Of a stretch of DNA of 35,120 nt, positions 8,979-17,265 are shown one piece after another. Every line of letters begins with the position of its first letter. Position 1 is the first letter of the stretch. The position numbers and the translations under genes are program-made. This DNA comes from Spirochaetaceae bacterium (GTDB taxonomy: Bacteria; Spirochaetota; Spirochaetia; Treponematales; Breznakiellaceae). The notes beneath the pieces were generated by a model that saw nothing but the letters and a program-made list of their open reading frames with translations, did not search any database and was not told where the DNA came from. Location of the stretch: contig JAITXS010000045.1 of NCBI GenBank assembly GCA_031284645.1, forward strand, positions 1-35,120, read 5' to 3'.

Positions 8979-10370
8979 ATGAGTAAAACAGACTCTTTCT
9001 TGAAATTCTCCGCCATGACAGGACAAAGAGGCTGTCAAAAAATCAAGCGCGAAAATCTCCATGCCGGATTCCGTATTATTCCGGCTGGTATTTTCGCGTT
9101 TTTTTTAGCGCTTCCGGTTTCCTGTGCCTCAACGCCTTTTGCACTTGTTGATGAGGAAGTTTCTGCCGGAAGATACCAAAACGCAGAAGATATTTTAGAA
9201 GGAAAAAGAAGCTCTCTGTACGGCAGTGATCTCATTCTTTATTATCTTGACGGCGGTATGCTGAGCCATTACGCCGGTGATTACAAACAATCAATTACAT
9301 TATTAGCTAACGGTGATCACGCTATTGAGGATGCGTTTACCAAAAGCGTTACGGAAAATGCCGCGTCTTTTTTACTGAACGATAATACAAAAACATATAG
9401 CGGCGAAGATTATGAAAACCTGTATTTGAATGTGTTTAACGCCTTGAATTATTATCATGAAAATAATTTGGAAGACGCGATGGTCGAAATTAGAAGAATG
9501 GAAAACAAGCTGCGGGACTTGCAGACAAAATACGATGTTGTTGAACAGGAATTACAGGGAGAAAGCAGCAGCGCAGCGGACTACACGGGTGTAAAAATCA
9601 ATTTTTCAAACTCGGCCTTGGCTCGTTATCTTGGGATATTATTTTATCGGGCACGCAAACAATATGATGACGCACGGATCGATCTTAATTGGCTTAAAAG
9701 AGCTTTTCAACGCCAGAAAAATGTCTATCCCTTCCCCATTCCTTCCACGATAGATGAGGAACTGAAGATTCCCGAAGGAGAAGCCCGTCTTAATGTGTTG
9801 AGTTTCAGCGGTCTTTCCCCGGTAAAAGTCGAGAACGTTATCCGTATTCCTATTCCTCCGTCAAATTGGATAAAAATAGCCCTGCCTGAAATGCAAAAAC
9901 AGCCCTCTGCGGTAACAAGAATCGAAATTGTGTTTGATAGCGGGGAAAAATATAACGCTGAATTATTGGAAGACCTGCAAAATGTGGCTATCGAAACTTT
10001 TAAAATCCATCTTGGCGTGATAACAGCAAAATCCATAATTCGGGGAGCGGCAAAAGGAATAAGCGCCGCCGGTTTAAATGCCGCAGGGGAAGCCGGCAGA
10101 AACCAAAAAGATGGGCAAGGCGGATGGCTCACTCTTGCCGGTCTTGCCGTACAGGTCATGGCGGAATTAAGCGAAAGCGCCGATACGCGGCTTTCGAGAT
10201 ATTTTCCCGCTCAAGCGCATGTATTGGGACTCAGCTTAAAACCGGGAAAGTATACATTTTCGGTAAATTATTATAATAATTACGGAGGCTTGGTTGATTC
10301 GTTTGAACAGAAAGATATTGTTTTATCCGCATCATCATTAAATTTAATTGAAACATATTGTTTAAAATGA
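8979..10370 (+). CDS. Hypothetical lipoprotein
   Basis: GIFAFFLALPVSCAST is a signal peptide plus lipobox after a long N-region; Met13 at 9015 is an alternative start. No catalytic motif recognised. Sits 18 nt after glgA. Confidence 0.55.
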   Translation: MSKTDSFLKFSAMTGQRGCQKIKRENLHAGFRIIPAGIFAFFLALPVSCASTPFALVDEEVSAGRYQNAEDILEGKRSSLYGSDLILYYLDGGMLSHYAGDYKQSITLLANGDHAIEDAFTKSVTENAASFLLNDNTKTYSGEDYENLYLNVFNALNYYHENNLEDAMVEIRRMENKLRDLQTKYDVVEQELQGESSSAADYTGVKINFSNSALARYLGILFYRARKQYDDARIDLNWLKRAFQRQKNVYPFPIPSTIDEELKIPEGEARLNVLSFSGLSPVKVENVIRIPIPPSNWIKIALPEMQKQPSAVTRIEIVFDSGEKYNAELLEDLQNVAIETFKIHLGVITAKSIIRGAAKGISAAGLNAAGEAGRNQKDGQGGWLTLAGLAVQVMAELSESADTRLSRYFPAQAHVLGLSLKPGKYTFSVNYYNNYGGLVDSFEQKDIVLSASSLNLIETYCLK

Positions 10371-10490
10371 AAATTATTGTATGATAAGTAGTCTTGGTCG
10401 GCAGTTTTGCAAGAAAATTGCCGGGTCTATACACTTTTTGCCGTAAAATTACGGCAATTTTTAAAAACGCCGTATTAATAGGAAACTTTA

Positions 10491-11399
10491 TTGAAAAAAT
10501 CCGCATTTGTTGCCATAGTGGGCCGCCCGTCAACGGGTAAATCAACGCTCTTAAATGCTCTCTGTAACGCGAAGGTCGCTATTGTAAGTCCTGTTCCGCA
10601 AACAACGCGGAACAGTATTCGGGGTATAGTGAACAGGGAACAGGGACAGCTTGTTTTTGTTGATACACCCGGTATCCATATTTCTGAAAAGAAAATAAAC
10701 TGCCGCCTTAAAGCGGCGGCGCGGCGAACTATCGGGGAAAGCGATTTAATCCTCTATCTTCTTGACGCAAGCCGTTCCCCGGGTGATGAAGAATCCGCTG
10801 TGGTCGAAATTTTAAATACCCTTCCTCAAGATATGCTTACGGAAAAAACAATAGCCGTTATTAATAAAACAGACCTTGGGAAAGCGGACAGTGCGGCGAT
10901 AAAAAATTTTTTATCTGAAAAAATCCCTCTGATATCGGACAAAAATATTTTTACTGTTTCGGCGCTTAAAAAAGAAGGACTCGAGGAAGTTTTACGCTGC
11001 CTGTATACTTTGGCACCTGAAGGACATCCTTATTACGATGAAGAATGTTATACTGATCAGGATGTCCGCTTCCGTATTTCCGAAATTATCCGTGAAAAAG
11101 CCATGAACTTTTTACGTGAAGAAATACCCCATTGTATCTATGTGGATATCAGGGATATTTATTTAGAAAAGAATAATGGAGGCAACGAAGTTTTAAACGC
11201 TTTTGTACTTATTCTTACAGAACGAGATTCCCAAAAAGGAATTATTATAGGTAAGGGGGGCGCAATGCTAAAAAAAATCAGAATTGCCGCCTTGCATGAT
11301 TTAGAAACAATATTTGACTGGAAAATAAAATTAGATATTCGGGTAAAAACAGAACGGGATTGGAGGCATAACGATAAAATTCTCAAAAAATTTGTGTAA
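10491..11399 (+). CDS. era: GTPase Era
   Basis: The G motifs GRPSTGKST, DTPG and NKTD are present, followed by a C-terminal KH domain (GKGGAMLKKI). The start codon is TTG. Confidence 0.95.
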   Translation: MKKSAFVAIVGRPSTGKSTLLNALCNAKVAIVSPVPQTTRNSIRGIVNREQGQLVFVDTPGIHISEKKINCRLKAAARRTIGESDLILYLLDASRSPGDEESAVVEILNTLPQDMLTEKTIAVINKTDLGKADSAAIKNFLSEKIPLISDKNIFTVSALKKEGLEEVLRCLYTLAPEGHPYYDEECYTDQDVRFRISEIIREKAMNFLREEIPHCIYVDIRDIYLEKNNGGNEVLNAFVLILTERDSQKGIIIGKGGAMLKKIRIAALHDLETIFDWKIKLDIRVKTERDWRHNDKILKKFV

Positions 11400-11411
11400 G
11401 CGGCATTACTT

Positions 11412-12353
11412 ATGGATATAAAAAAAATCGCGGAAAATTATATTCCCCTTATTTCATTTATTGTGTTTCTCAGTATTCTCAGCTACCTCTTTTTTTTACG
11501 TCCCCCGATTATCCTTGTTAGTGATGTGTATGTTCACGAGATTTACGGAGAACACGAGGAACGGATGCGGAATTTTGCAAGCTCGTTTAGCGTTTTTCGT
11601 CAAATTAAAGTGATTCGTGTTCCGGAAGATGTGGACAGCTATAGCATGGCGGAAATAATTCAGAGGAATAACGCTTCGCCTTTTTGTGTTTTTTTCCCGT
11701 TCCGTTATCAAGAGATTGCAGAAATTTATCGCGATGAAATCACGCAAAATGGTAATAAGACGACAAAGATATTTGTTATGGCAAATAAAGAGAAGGTTCC
11801 GTCACATGCGGAGCGTATTATCTATACGGTATCCGATGCGGAACGGGATTACTATAGAGCAGGGTACTGCGCGGCGATCTTGTCGAGAGATGAGGGGGCC
11901 TTAAACAATGCACAGCGCAACAGTGAGCGGTACATTGCTTTTATCTATGATCGGGATATAAACGACAGGGGGAAATCGGCTTTTGAAGACGGACTTCTTG
12001 CCGGCGGATTTTCGGGAAAATCACGCTTTAGTTTTAACCAGGAGAGTCTTAGGCCAAATGATTTAGCCTGCGTGGTGGTAGACGGGCCTGCCGATCTCTT
12101 TTTTCAATCTCCTACAGATGTACCGGTTATACTCTTTACATGGCTTGAAAACGAGGATTATTTCCCGAACAATATAAAAATAAGGATTGACGATTCGCCT
12201 TATACGCTTATCTGTCGGACGCTTAAATTGCCGAAAAAAAGCCTGATAGACGGGGCGGTTTTAAAAATCCCTGCTGATTTTCATATCCTTAAAAAAACTC
12301 TTGATAATAAAAAACTAATCAATGAATTGTCGGCAAGAAGGGTAATTGGGTAA
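11412..12353 (+). CDS. Hypothetical membrane-anchored protein
   Basis: 313-aa ORF with an N-terminal hydrophobic helix (YIPLISFIVFLSILSYLFFL). It starts 12 nt after era. The last ~5 codons and the stop are repeat-derived (see findings). Confidence 0.55.
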   Translation: MDIKKIAENYIPLISFIVFLSILSYLFFLRPPIILVSDVYVHEIYGEHEERMRNFASSFSVFRQIKVIRVPEDVDSYSMAEIIQRNNASPFCVFFPFRYQEIAEIYRDEITQNGNKTTKIFVMANKEKVPSHAERIIYTVSDAERDYYRAGYCAAILSRDEGALNNAQRNSERYIAFIYDRDINDRGKSAFEDGLLAGGFSGKSRFSFNQESLRPNDLACVVVDGPADLFFQSPTDVPVILFTWLENEDYFPNNIKIRIDDSPYTLICRTLKLPKKSLIDGAVLKIPADFHILKKTLDNKKLINELSARRVIG

Positions 12354-13095
12354 AGGGTTTAGGGTCTAAATAGGGTAAAGGGTTTGGTAATACCAGAAAG
12401 CCCCTACCCTAACTTAGGGTTTTGGGGAAAGGGTAGAGGGTCTGGGTTTTATCAGAAATACTCTACCCTATACCCCGAACCCTATAACCCTTGCTTCGGG
12501 AGGATGGGTGGAGTTCCGATCCCTCGAATACTCTGCACCCTTTCCCCCTTTTTTACGTGCAATTTTGTAAAATACACTTTTTTGCAGACCCATTAAAGCA
12601 AAAACCACGCGGTGCACTATAAATAAAGCATCATGGCTATAAACAAAAAATATATAATAGGGTTTTGGGTAAAGGGTAATAGGGTTTTGATTTTACCAGA
12701 AATCCTGTACCATACCCAACTTTTCTAAACCTTTGCTGCGGGATGAGGGGTAGAGTTCTGATTTCTCCAATACCCTATTAAGAAGGGTAATTGGGGCAAG
12801 GGTTATAGGGTCTAGCAATATCAGATATATTCCACGCAACCCGAAACCCGAAGCAGGGCGATAGGGGCAAGGGGGCAGATCAGCAGTTATCTTTTATTAC
12901 TATACCCTCTACCCCGAACCCTACTACCCTTATTTAGGGTAATTGGGTTATAGGGTAAAGGGTTTTGGTTTTATCAGGAAGTTACTACCCGCATCCTAAC
13001 TCCCCTAACCCTTTGCTTCGGGTATTAGGTAAAGATGTCTGATCATTTCAATACCCCAAACCCTAGACCCTACTACCCTTCTTTAGGGTTTGGGG
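12354..13095. repeat. Family-1 GGGT/ACCC repeat array, about five units with one unique 110-bp interruption (12546-12657)
   Basis: Approximate unit boundaries are 12337-12414, 12415-12545, 12658-12785, 12786-12935 and 12936-13084. The linkers ACCAGAAAG/ATCAGAAAT, CCTTTGCTTCGGG and CTGATCA recur in the same order. Confidence 0.85.
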
Positions 13096-13449
13096 AGCAC
13101 GGAACGCCTTGAAAAAGCGCTTGGAAAAGCCGTAAACTGGTGTATAGACCATGATATTTTAAAAGATTTTCTGGAAGAAAACTCTACGGAGGTTAACAAT
13201 ATGCTATTTACCGAATGGAATTGGGACGATGCTCTGGAAGTTGCCCGCGAGGAGGGCATTGAGCAAGGTCGTGGAGAAGGTTTGGAAGAAGGCCGTGGAG
13301 AGGGCAGAGAAGAAGGTATTGAAGTGGGTATTGACAGAGGCAGAGAAGAAGGCATTGATAGCTTGTGTGAACTGCTTGAACAGGGATACACTCCCAAAGA
13401 AGCTAGGGAAATGCTGAAAAATAAAAGTAGGGTTTTGGGTAAAGGGTAG
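13090..13449 (+). pseudogene. Orphan C-terminal fragment resembling Rpn/YhgA-like PD-(D/E)XK putative transposase proteins
   Basis: There is no credible start: the TTG at 13090 lies inside a repeat unit. The sequence NMLFTEWNWDDALEVAREEGIEQGRGEGLEEGRGEGREEGIEVGIDRGREEGIDSLCELLEQGYTPKEAREML resembles, from memory, the repetitive C-terminus of that family. The nuclease N-terminal domain is absent. The ORF tail and stop (13428-13449) are repeat sequence. Confidence 0.4.
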
Positions 13450-13660
13450 AGGGTTTAGACTTTATCAGTAAGCCTGCACCATTCCCAACTCTTCTAAACC
13501 TTTACTTTCGGGTATGGGGTCTAAATAGGGTCATGGGTATAGGGTTTAGATTTTACCAGAAAGTTACTACCCGCATCCTAACTCCCCTAACCCTTTGCTT
13601 CGGGTATTAGGTAAAGATGTCTGATCACTCCAAAACCCAATACCCAGAACCCTATGACCC
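13428..13660. repeat. Family-1 GGGT/ACCC repeat, about two units
   Basis: Same linker order as above. Bases 13561-13627 are identical to 12979-13045 (67 bp). The unit 13520-13660 has terminal inverted repeats GGGTCATGGGTATAGGGT / ACCCAGAACCCTATGACCC. Confidence 0.85.
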
Positions 13661-13666
13661 TTCACT

Positions 13667-13750
13667 GTGGGGGTAGCGGAGAAGACCGGAGGCAAGCGTG
13701 AGCGAAGCCGAGGACTTCGGAGCGAGGGGGAGCCGCGAAAAAAATTCCCC
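13667..13750. repeat. Family-2 GC-rich element, intergenic copy abutting the family-1 array
   Basis: GTGGGGGTAGCGGAGAAGACC (21 nt) and CTTCGGAGCGAGGGGGAG (18 nt) are identical to the reverse complement of 17957-18022. CCGCGAA plus GGGGA/TCCCC flanks are shared with the aroC copy. Confidence 0.8.
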
Positions 13751-13792
13751 ATTGATCCGTTTCCACTTTCACGGTGGTCTGTGCACTCCCCC

Positions 13793-14551
13793 TCAAATTT
13801 CCGTTAAAATTTCCGTATGGTCATCAAAGATAGCAATCGTATGCTCCCAGTGCGCGGAAATTTTTCTGTCTGCGGTAACGACTGTCCACTCATCGTCAAG
13901 TATTTCAACATCACCGGAACCCAGATTGATCATGGGCTCAATGGCAAGCACCATACCGCCGCGCATACGGGGATTGGGCCCCTCCCGCGGACAGTTTGAT
14001 ACCGAAGGATCTTCGTGTACATAAAAGCCGACGCCGTGCCCGCAGAATTGACTTACCACGCCGTAATGAAAAGCTTTTGCGTGCGATTCAACGGCGCTGC
14101 CTATCTTGTGCAGTCTATCTCCGGCTTTTGCCGCGGCAATCCCTTTATACAAACATTCGCGGGTTACTTTGTTTAATTGGGATGCTTCCTCGCTGACCCG
14201 GCCTATTTCGTATGTTTCGGATTTATCACTGAAAAAGCCGTCAAGGACGATGCCGCTGTCAATGCCGACAAGGTCTCCGTCTCGGAGTTTTCTTTTTGAC
14301 GGTATGCCGTGAATAACCTCTTCGTTTATTGAAATACAAAGTGCGCCGGGGAAAGGGTTATGCTTCGGGCCATAGCCTAAAAACGCAGGTGCCCCGCCCG
14401 CTTTCTTTATCCAATCACAGGCCCACCTGTCAAGCTCAATCGTCTCAAGGCCGCTTTGCAGGAGAGGCCCCATCTCCTTGTACAGTGCCGCCAGAAGTTT
14501 GCATGACTTTCTTATGCCGTCAATTTGTCTTGTATTCTTGTAATATATCAT
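13793..14551 (-). CDS. map: Type I methionine aminopeptidase
   Basis: FLGYG...FPGALCISINEEVIHGIP, DLVGIDSG, FCGHGVG and LAIEPMIN match. The ATG at 14551 is preferred over the TTG at 14569 because it follows the upstream stop (14553-14555) by one nucleotide. Confidence 0.93.
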   Translation of the reverse strand: MIYYKNTRQIDGIRKSCKLLAALYKEMGPLLQSGLETIELDRWACDWIKKAGGAPAFLGYGPKHNPFPGALCISINEEVIHGIPSKRKLRDGDLVGIDSGIVLDGFFSDKSETYEIGRVSEEASQLNKVTRECLYKGIAAAKAGDRLHKIGSAVESHAKAFHYGVVSQFCGHGVGFYVHEDPSVSNCPREGPNPRMRGGMVLAIEPMINLGSGDVEILDDEWTVVTADRKISAHWEHTIAIFDDHTEILTEI

Positions 14552-14552
14552 G

Positions 14553-15482
14553 TTATGTATACTCCGCAATTTTATAGACTGTTGTATCCGCGCTGATAAG
14601 CGGACTTTGATATGAAAAAAATATCTCCCCCGATACCGGTGAATATATCTTGTTTACCACACTACCGTCATACGGGTCAAGGATCTTCGCGATAAGATCC
14701 CCCTTTCGCACAAAATCGCTTGCCTTGTTGATCTTGTAAAGAAAACCGGCAGCCCCGCTTGTGATCGTCGTTAATTCTTTTTCTTGAATCAGACAGCTGT
14801 CATAGCCGTTGTGCAGTTTATAATGAATAAAATTATTCTTGCTTAGAAAGCGCAGAATGGAATTCCATGTGAGTTTTGCCGATTCTTTGTTGACCGAAGC
14901 AGTTTCTCCGGAATAGATTGAAAAAGCTTTTGTACCGAAAATCTGCCAATTATAATGTAACAGGGTCGTATCAAACGAGGAAGGCGTGCGCAAGAGTATA
15001 TACGGCAGAGCAAAAGTCCGTGCGCTCTCCACATCCTCGTAGCCGGTAGTCAGTATCCGCACATGCGGAATAAAGTCCCCGTGTAAATAAAACGAGGCAA
15101 GCTGTATCCCGTATTTATAATCGCGTACAAGATTAAAAAGCGCCGCCGCGATACGCTGGGTTGTTTCTCCCTTATCGTATCCGGGGAACATCCGGTTAAT
15201 ATCAGTATTGTCCATAGCCCAAAATCGTTTACCGATATTAATCGAGTAGTGATTGACGCAGGGAATCACCAGAATTTCATGACCGCTCTCTATAAGGCCC
15301 GCCTCTTCAATTTGAATTAAATTTTTTACGATTTGAGAGCAGATAAATTGTTGTTGAAATTCATCGCCTCGTATCGCGCCGACAATCGCGACAGAAGGCT
15401 CTCCGCTTCCAAAACGGAAGCCCTGAATTTTAAAACTGCTTCTATACGGCGATAAGAGCTCAAAGAGCGTTTCTTTTTTCAC
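14553..15482 (-). CDS. AstE/AspA (succinylglutamate desuccinylase/aspartoacylase, COG3608 predicted deacylase) family paralog B, first zinc His replaced by Arg
   Basis: Paralogous to the upstream gene over its full length. The motif reads VGAIRGDEFQQQ where the family has HG[ND]E. The C-terminal barrel is present (KGDLIAKILDPYDGSVVNKIYSPVSGEIFF). The GTG start overlaps the upstream TGA (GTGA). Confidence 0.75.
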   Translation of the reverse strand: MKKETLFELLSPYRSSFKIQGFRFGSGEPSVAIVGAIRGDEFQQQFICSQIVKNLIQIEEAGLIESGHEILVIPCVNHYSINIGKRFWAMDNTDINRMFPGYDKGETTQRIAAALFNLVRDYKYGIQLASFYLHGDFIPHVRILTTGYEDVESARTFALPYILLRTPSSFDTTLLHYNWQIFGTKAFSIYSGETASVNKESAKLTWNSILRFLSKNNFIHYKLHNGYDSCLIQEKELTTITSGAAGFLYKINKASDFVRKGDLIAKILDPYDGSVVNKIYSPVSGEIFFSYQSPLISADTTVYKIAEYT

Positions 15483-16417
15483 AGCCTTTCGTCCTTTTTG
15501 TAGATACGCGCGATAAGAGAGCCTTCGTACACAATAGGGTAGGTTCTCATCGTAAATAAAAATCCGTCCACCGGAGAAAAGACCCGCTGTAAGACCTTTC
15601 CCTCAAAAGGTGAGACAATCTCGCACAGCTCTTGTCCGTTTTTGATAAACGATGAAGGTTTTGCCGACGGAATAATAACTCCGGAGTAGTCCGCATTAAT
15701 AAAAATCACCTCGCCGCCGGTAGAAATGATCGGCTCTTCTATTATTTCAGCACCCTCAGGTGCCTCCCACATATCGATAGAACGCATTAAATTAAATATA
15801 CCTTTTACAAGCCGTTGTCCGTACTCCCGGGTAATGCGCATTCCGATCCCCATTTCAACAACCAGTGTTTTTGTGCCGATTGAATTTAACGAATAGGCAA
15901 GCGTTGATCGCAAAACAGTTATAGCGTCATGTATCCATATAAAATCAACATTTAACAAACGTGCGTACGGAAGAAGCAGGGCAGCCGTCTCCTCGCTTAT
16001 GCGTACCTGCATAACTTCGTTTAAAAAAACATTACTTGAGTGAATATCAAGCACCATATCAGCGCCTTTTAAATCCTCGATAATTTTATATGCGGTATTT
16101 TCAACAAGATGCCCCTCAAGAGCGCCGGGGAAAATTCTGTTCATGTCAAGATCAAAACCCGGGAAGCCGCGGCTAATTGAATCAACACCAAGCGGATTAA
16201 GTGCCGGATATATTTCAACACTGCCGCTCAGGTACTCCTGATTTTCGTTTAGTATTCTGGCAAGCTCAAAACAGACAAACTGCCCCTCAAGCTCATCCCC
16301 GTGCGTACCGGTAACAACACAAAGCCGCCTGCCTTGCTTTGATCCGGTAATAATGTTCTTTTTTATCTCAAGACGCTCGCCAACCGGCAGGGCCTCGCTT
16401 ACAATCGTTTTTATCAA
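15479..16417 (-). CDS. AstE/AspA (COG3608 predicted deacylase, M14-like zinc hydrolase) family paralog A
   Basis: VVTGTHGDELEGQ (His-x-x-Glu zinc motif), LDIHSS (second His) and a C-terminal barrel (NGQELCEIVSPFEGKVLQRVFSPVDGFLF) are present. Confidence 0.8.
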   Translation of the reverse strand: MIKTIVSEALPVGERLEIKKNIITGSKQGRRLCVVTGTHGDELEGQFVCFELARILNENQEYLSGSVEIYPALNPLGVDSISRGFPGFDLDMNRIFPGALEGHLVENTAYKIIEDLKGADMVLDIHSSNVFLNEVMQVRISEETAALLLPYARLLNVDFIWIHDAITVLRSTLAYSLNSIGTKTLVVEMGIGMRITREYGQRLVKGIFNLMRSIDMWEAPEGAEIIEEPIISTGGEVIFINADYSGVIIPSAKPSSFIKNGQELCEIVSPFEGKVLQRVFSPVDGFLFTMRTYPIVYEGSLIARIYKKDERL

Positions 16418-16467
16418 TTTTATGTCCTGGGTTTTCCCTTAAAAAGCGTCCTGGCGGCTTTAAAAGC

Positions 16468-17256
16468 CTAACTCATATAAACTTGAGCTTTTATTTCCAT
16501 AGTTTGTTCGGCAAGACCACTAAATACGCCACGCTCTATAGAACAATCGCGGAAATCCCTGCCATGTGAAAGTTTGATATATCCTGTTTCTATGCTTTTA
16601 TTATGAGTAGGATCAAGAGCCCGCCAGCACTTGTCATCGTGATACTCAACCCATGCGTGAGTATAACCTTCCCCCGCGACAAAACCGGCGACATAACGGG
16701 CAAGAATATTTTTTTTGCGGAGCAGGGCCAAAAGGATATGGGCAAAATCCTGACACACTCCCTTGCCGTTTTTAAGTGCCGTTTCCGCATCTGTTTCTGT
16801 ATCCGTTGTGCCGGACATATATAATAAAGCTTTGTGCGCTACCTCACATAAAAGGGCCGCCGTTTTATGAATATCGGCGTTATCCGGTATACAGGCCTCT
16901 TTTAAGAGATATACTATTTCATCCCCGGGCGCGCTTAATTCAGTTGCGTATAAAAAAATATGCTGTGGTTTGTCTTCCGGTATAATATAAGTATCATCAA
17001 TATTGATTTCGCCGGAAGTATCAATACTCAAATAATCATGTGCGGCCAGTATACAACCGCTTTGAACAATATTACCAAAACAATCACTACTTAAAAAAAG
17101 TCTCCGCCCGTTTTCGCCGGGAAGCAGAAGACATTCTGTTTTGATAACATGCTGAAAATGAGTATGCGGAGGCGTGCAACGAAGCAAAAAAAAATGTGAG
17201 AAAATTTCTTTTGAAAAATTGACCGAGAAATGATACTTATAGAGCGCGTGTTTCAT
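16468..17256 (-). CDS. Transglutaminase-like cysteine protease family protein (COG1305 type)
   Basis: The Cys-His-Asp triad context is GKGVCQDFAHILLALLR, GYTHAWVEY and ALDPTH. An N-terminal extension typical of bacterial transglutaminase-like proteins is present. Confidence 0.85.
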   Translation of the reverse strand: MKHALYKYHFSVNFSKEIFSHFFLLRCTPPHTHFQHVIKTECLLLPGENGRRLFLSSDCFGNIVQSGCILAAHDYLSIDTSGEINIDDTYIIPEDKPQHIFLYATELSAPGDEIVYLLKEACIPDNADIHKTAALLCEVAHKALLYMSGTTDTETDAETALKNGKGVCQDFAHILLALLRKKNILARYVAGFVAGEGYTHAWVEYHDDKCWRALDPTHNKSIETGYIKLSHGRDFRDCSIERGVFSGLAEQTMEIKAQVYMS

Positions 17257-17265
17257 AATGCACGC

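Noticed and set aside
12384-13397. ORFs 12384..12596 (+) and 13083..13397 (-) inside the repeat hotspot
   Set aside because: The first is read entirely through repeat units. The second is the antisense of the EEG-repeat region, giving a Ser/Pro low-complexity string. Neither has a start context.
12354-13660. Integron attC sites and a gene cassette, since Treponema denticola is known to carry a chromosomal integron
   Set aside because: No intI gene or attI is present in the window. Units flank housekeeping genes in both orientations rather than forming a unidirectional cassette array. The CCTAAC / GTTAGG-like motifs do not strictly fit RYYYAAC / GTTRRRY. This is left as a test to run rather than a claim.
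12354-13700. Possible CRISPR array, because of many similar short repeats in a non-coding stretch
   Set aside because: The repeats are not a single conserved sequence at constant spacing. They alternate G-rich and complementary C-rich arms, occur in both orientations, and recur at four other dispersed loci. There are no cas genes in the window.
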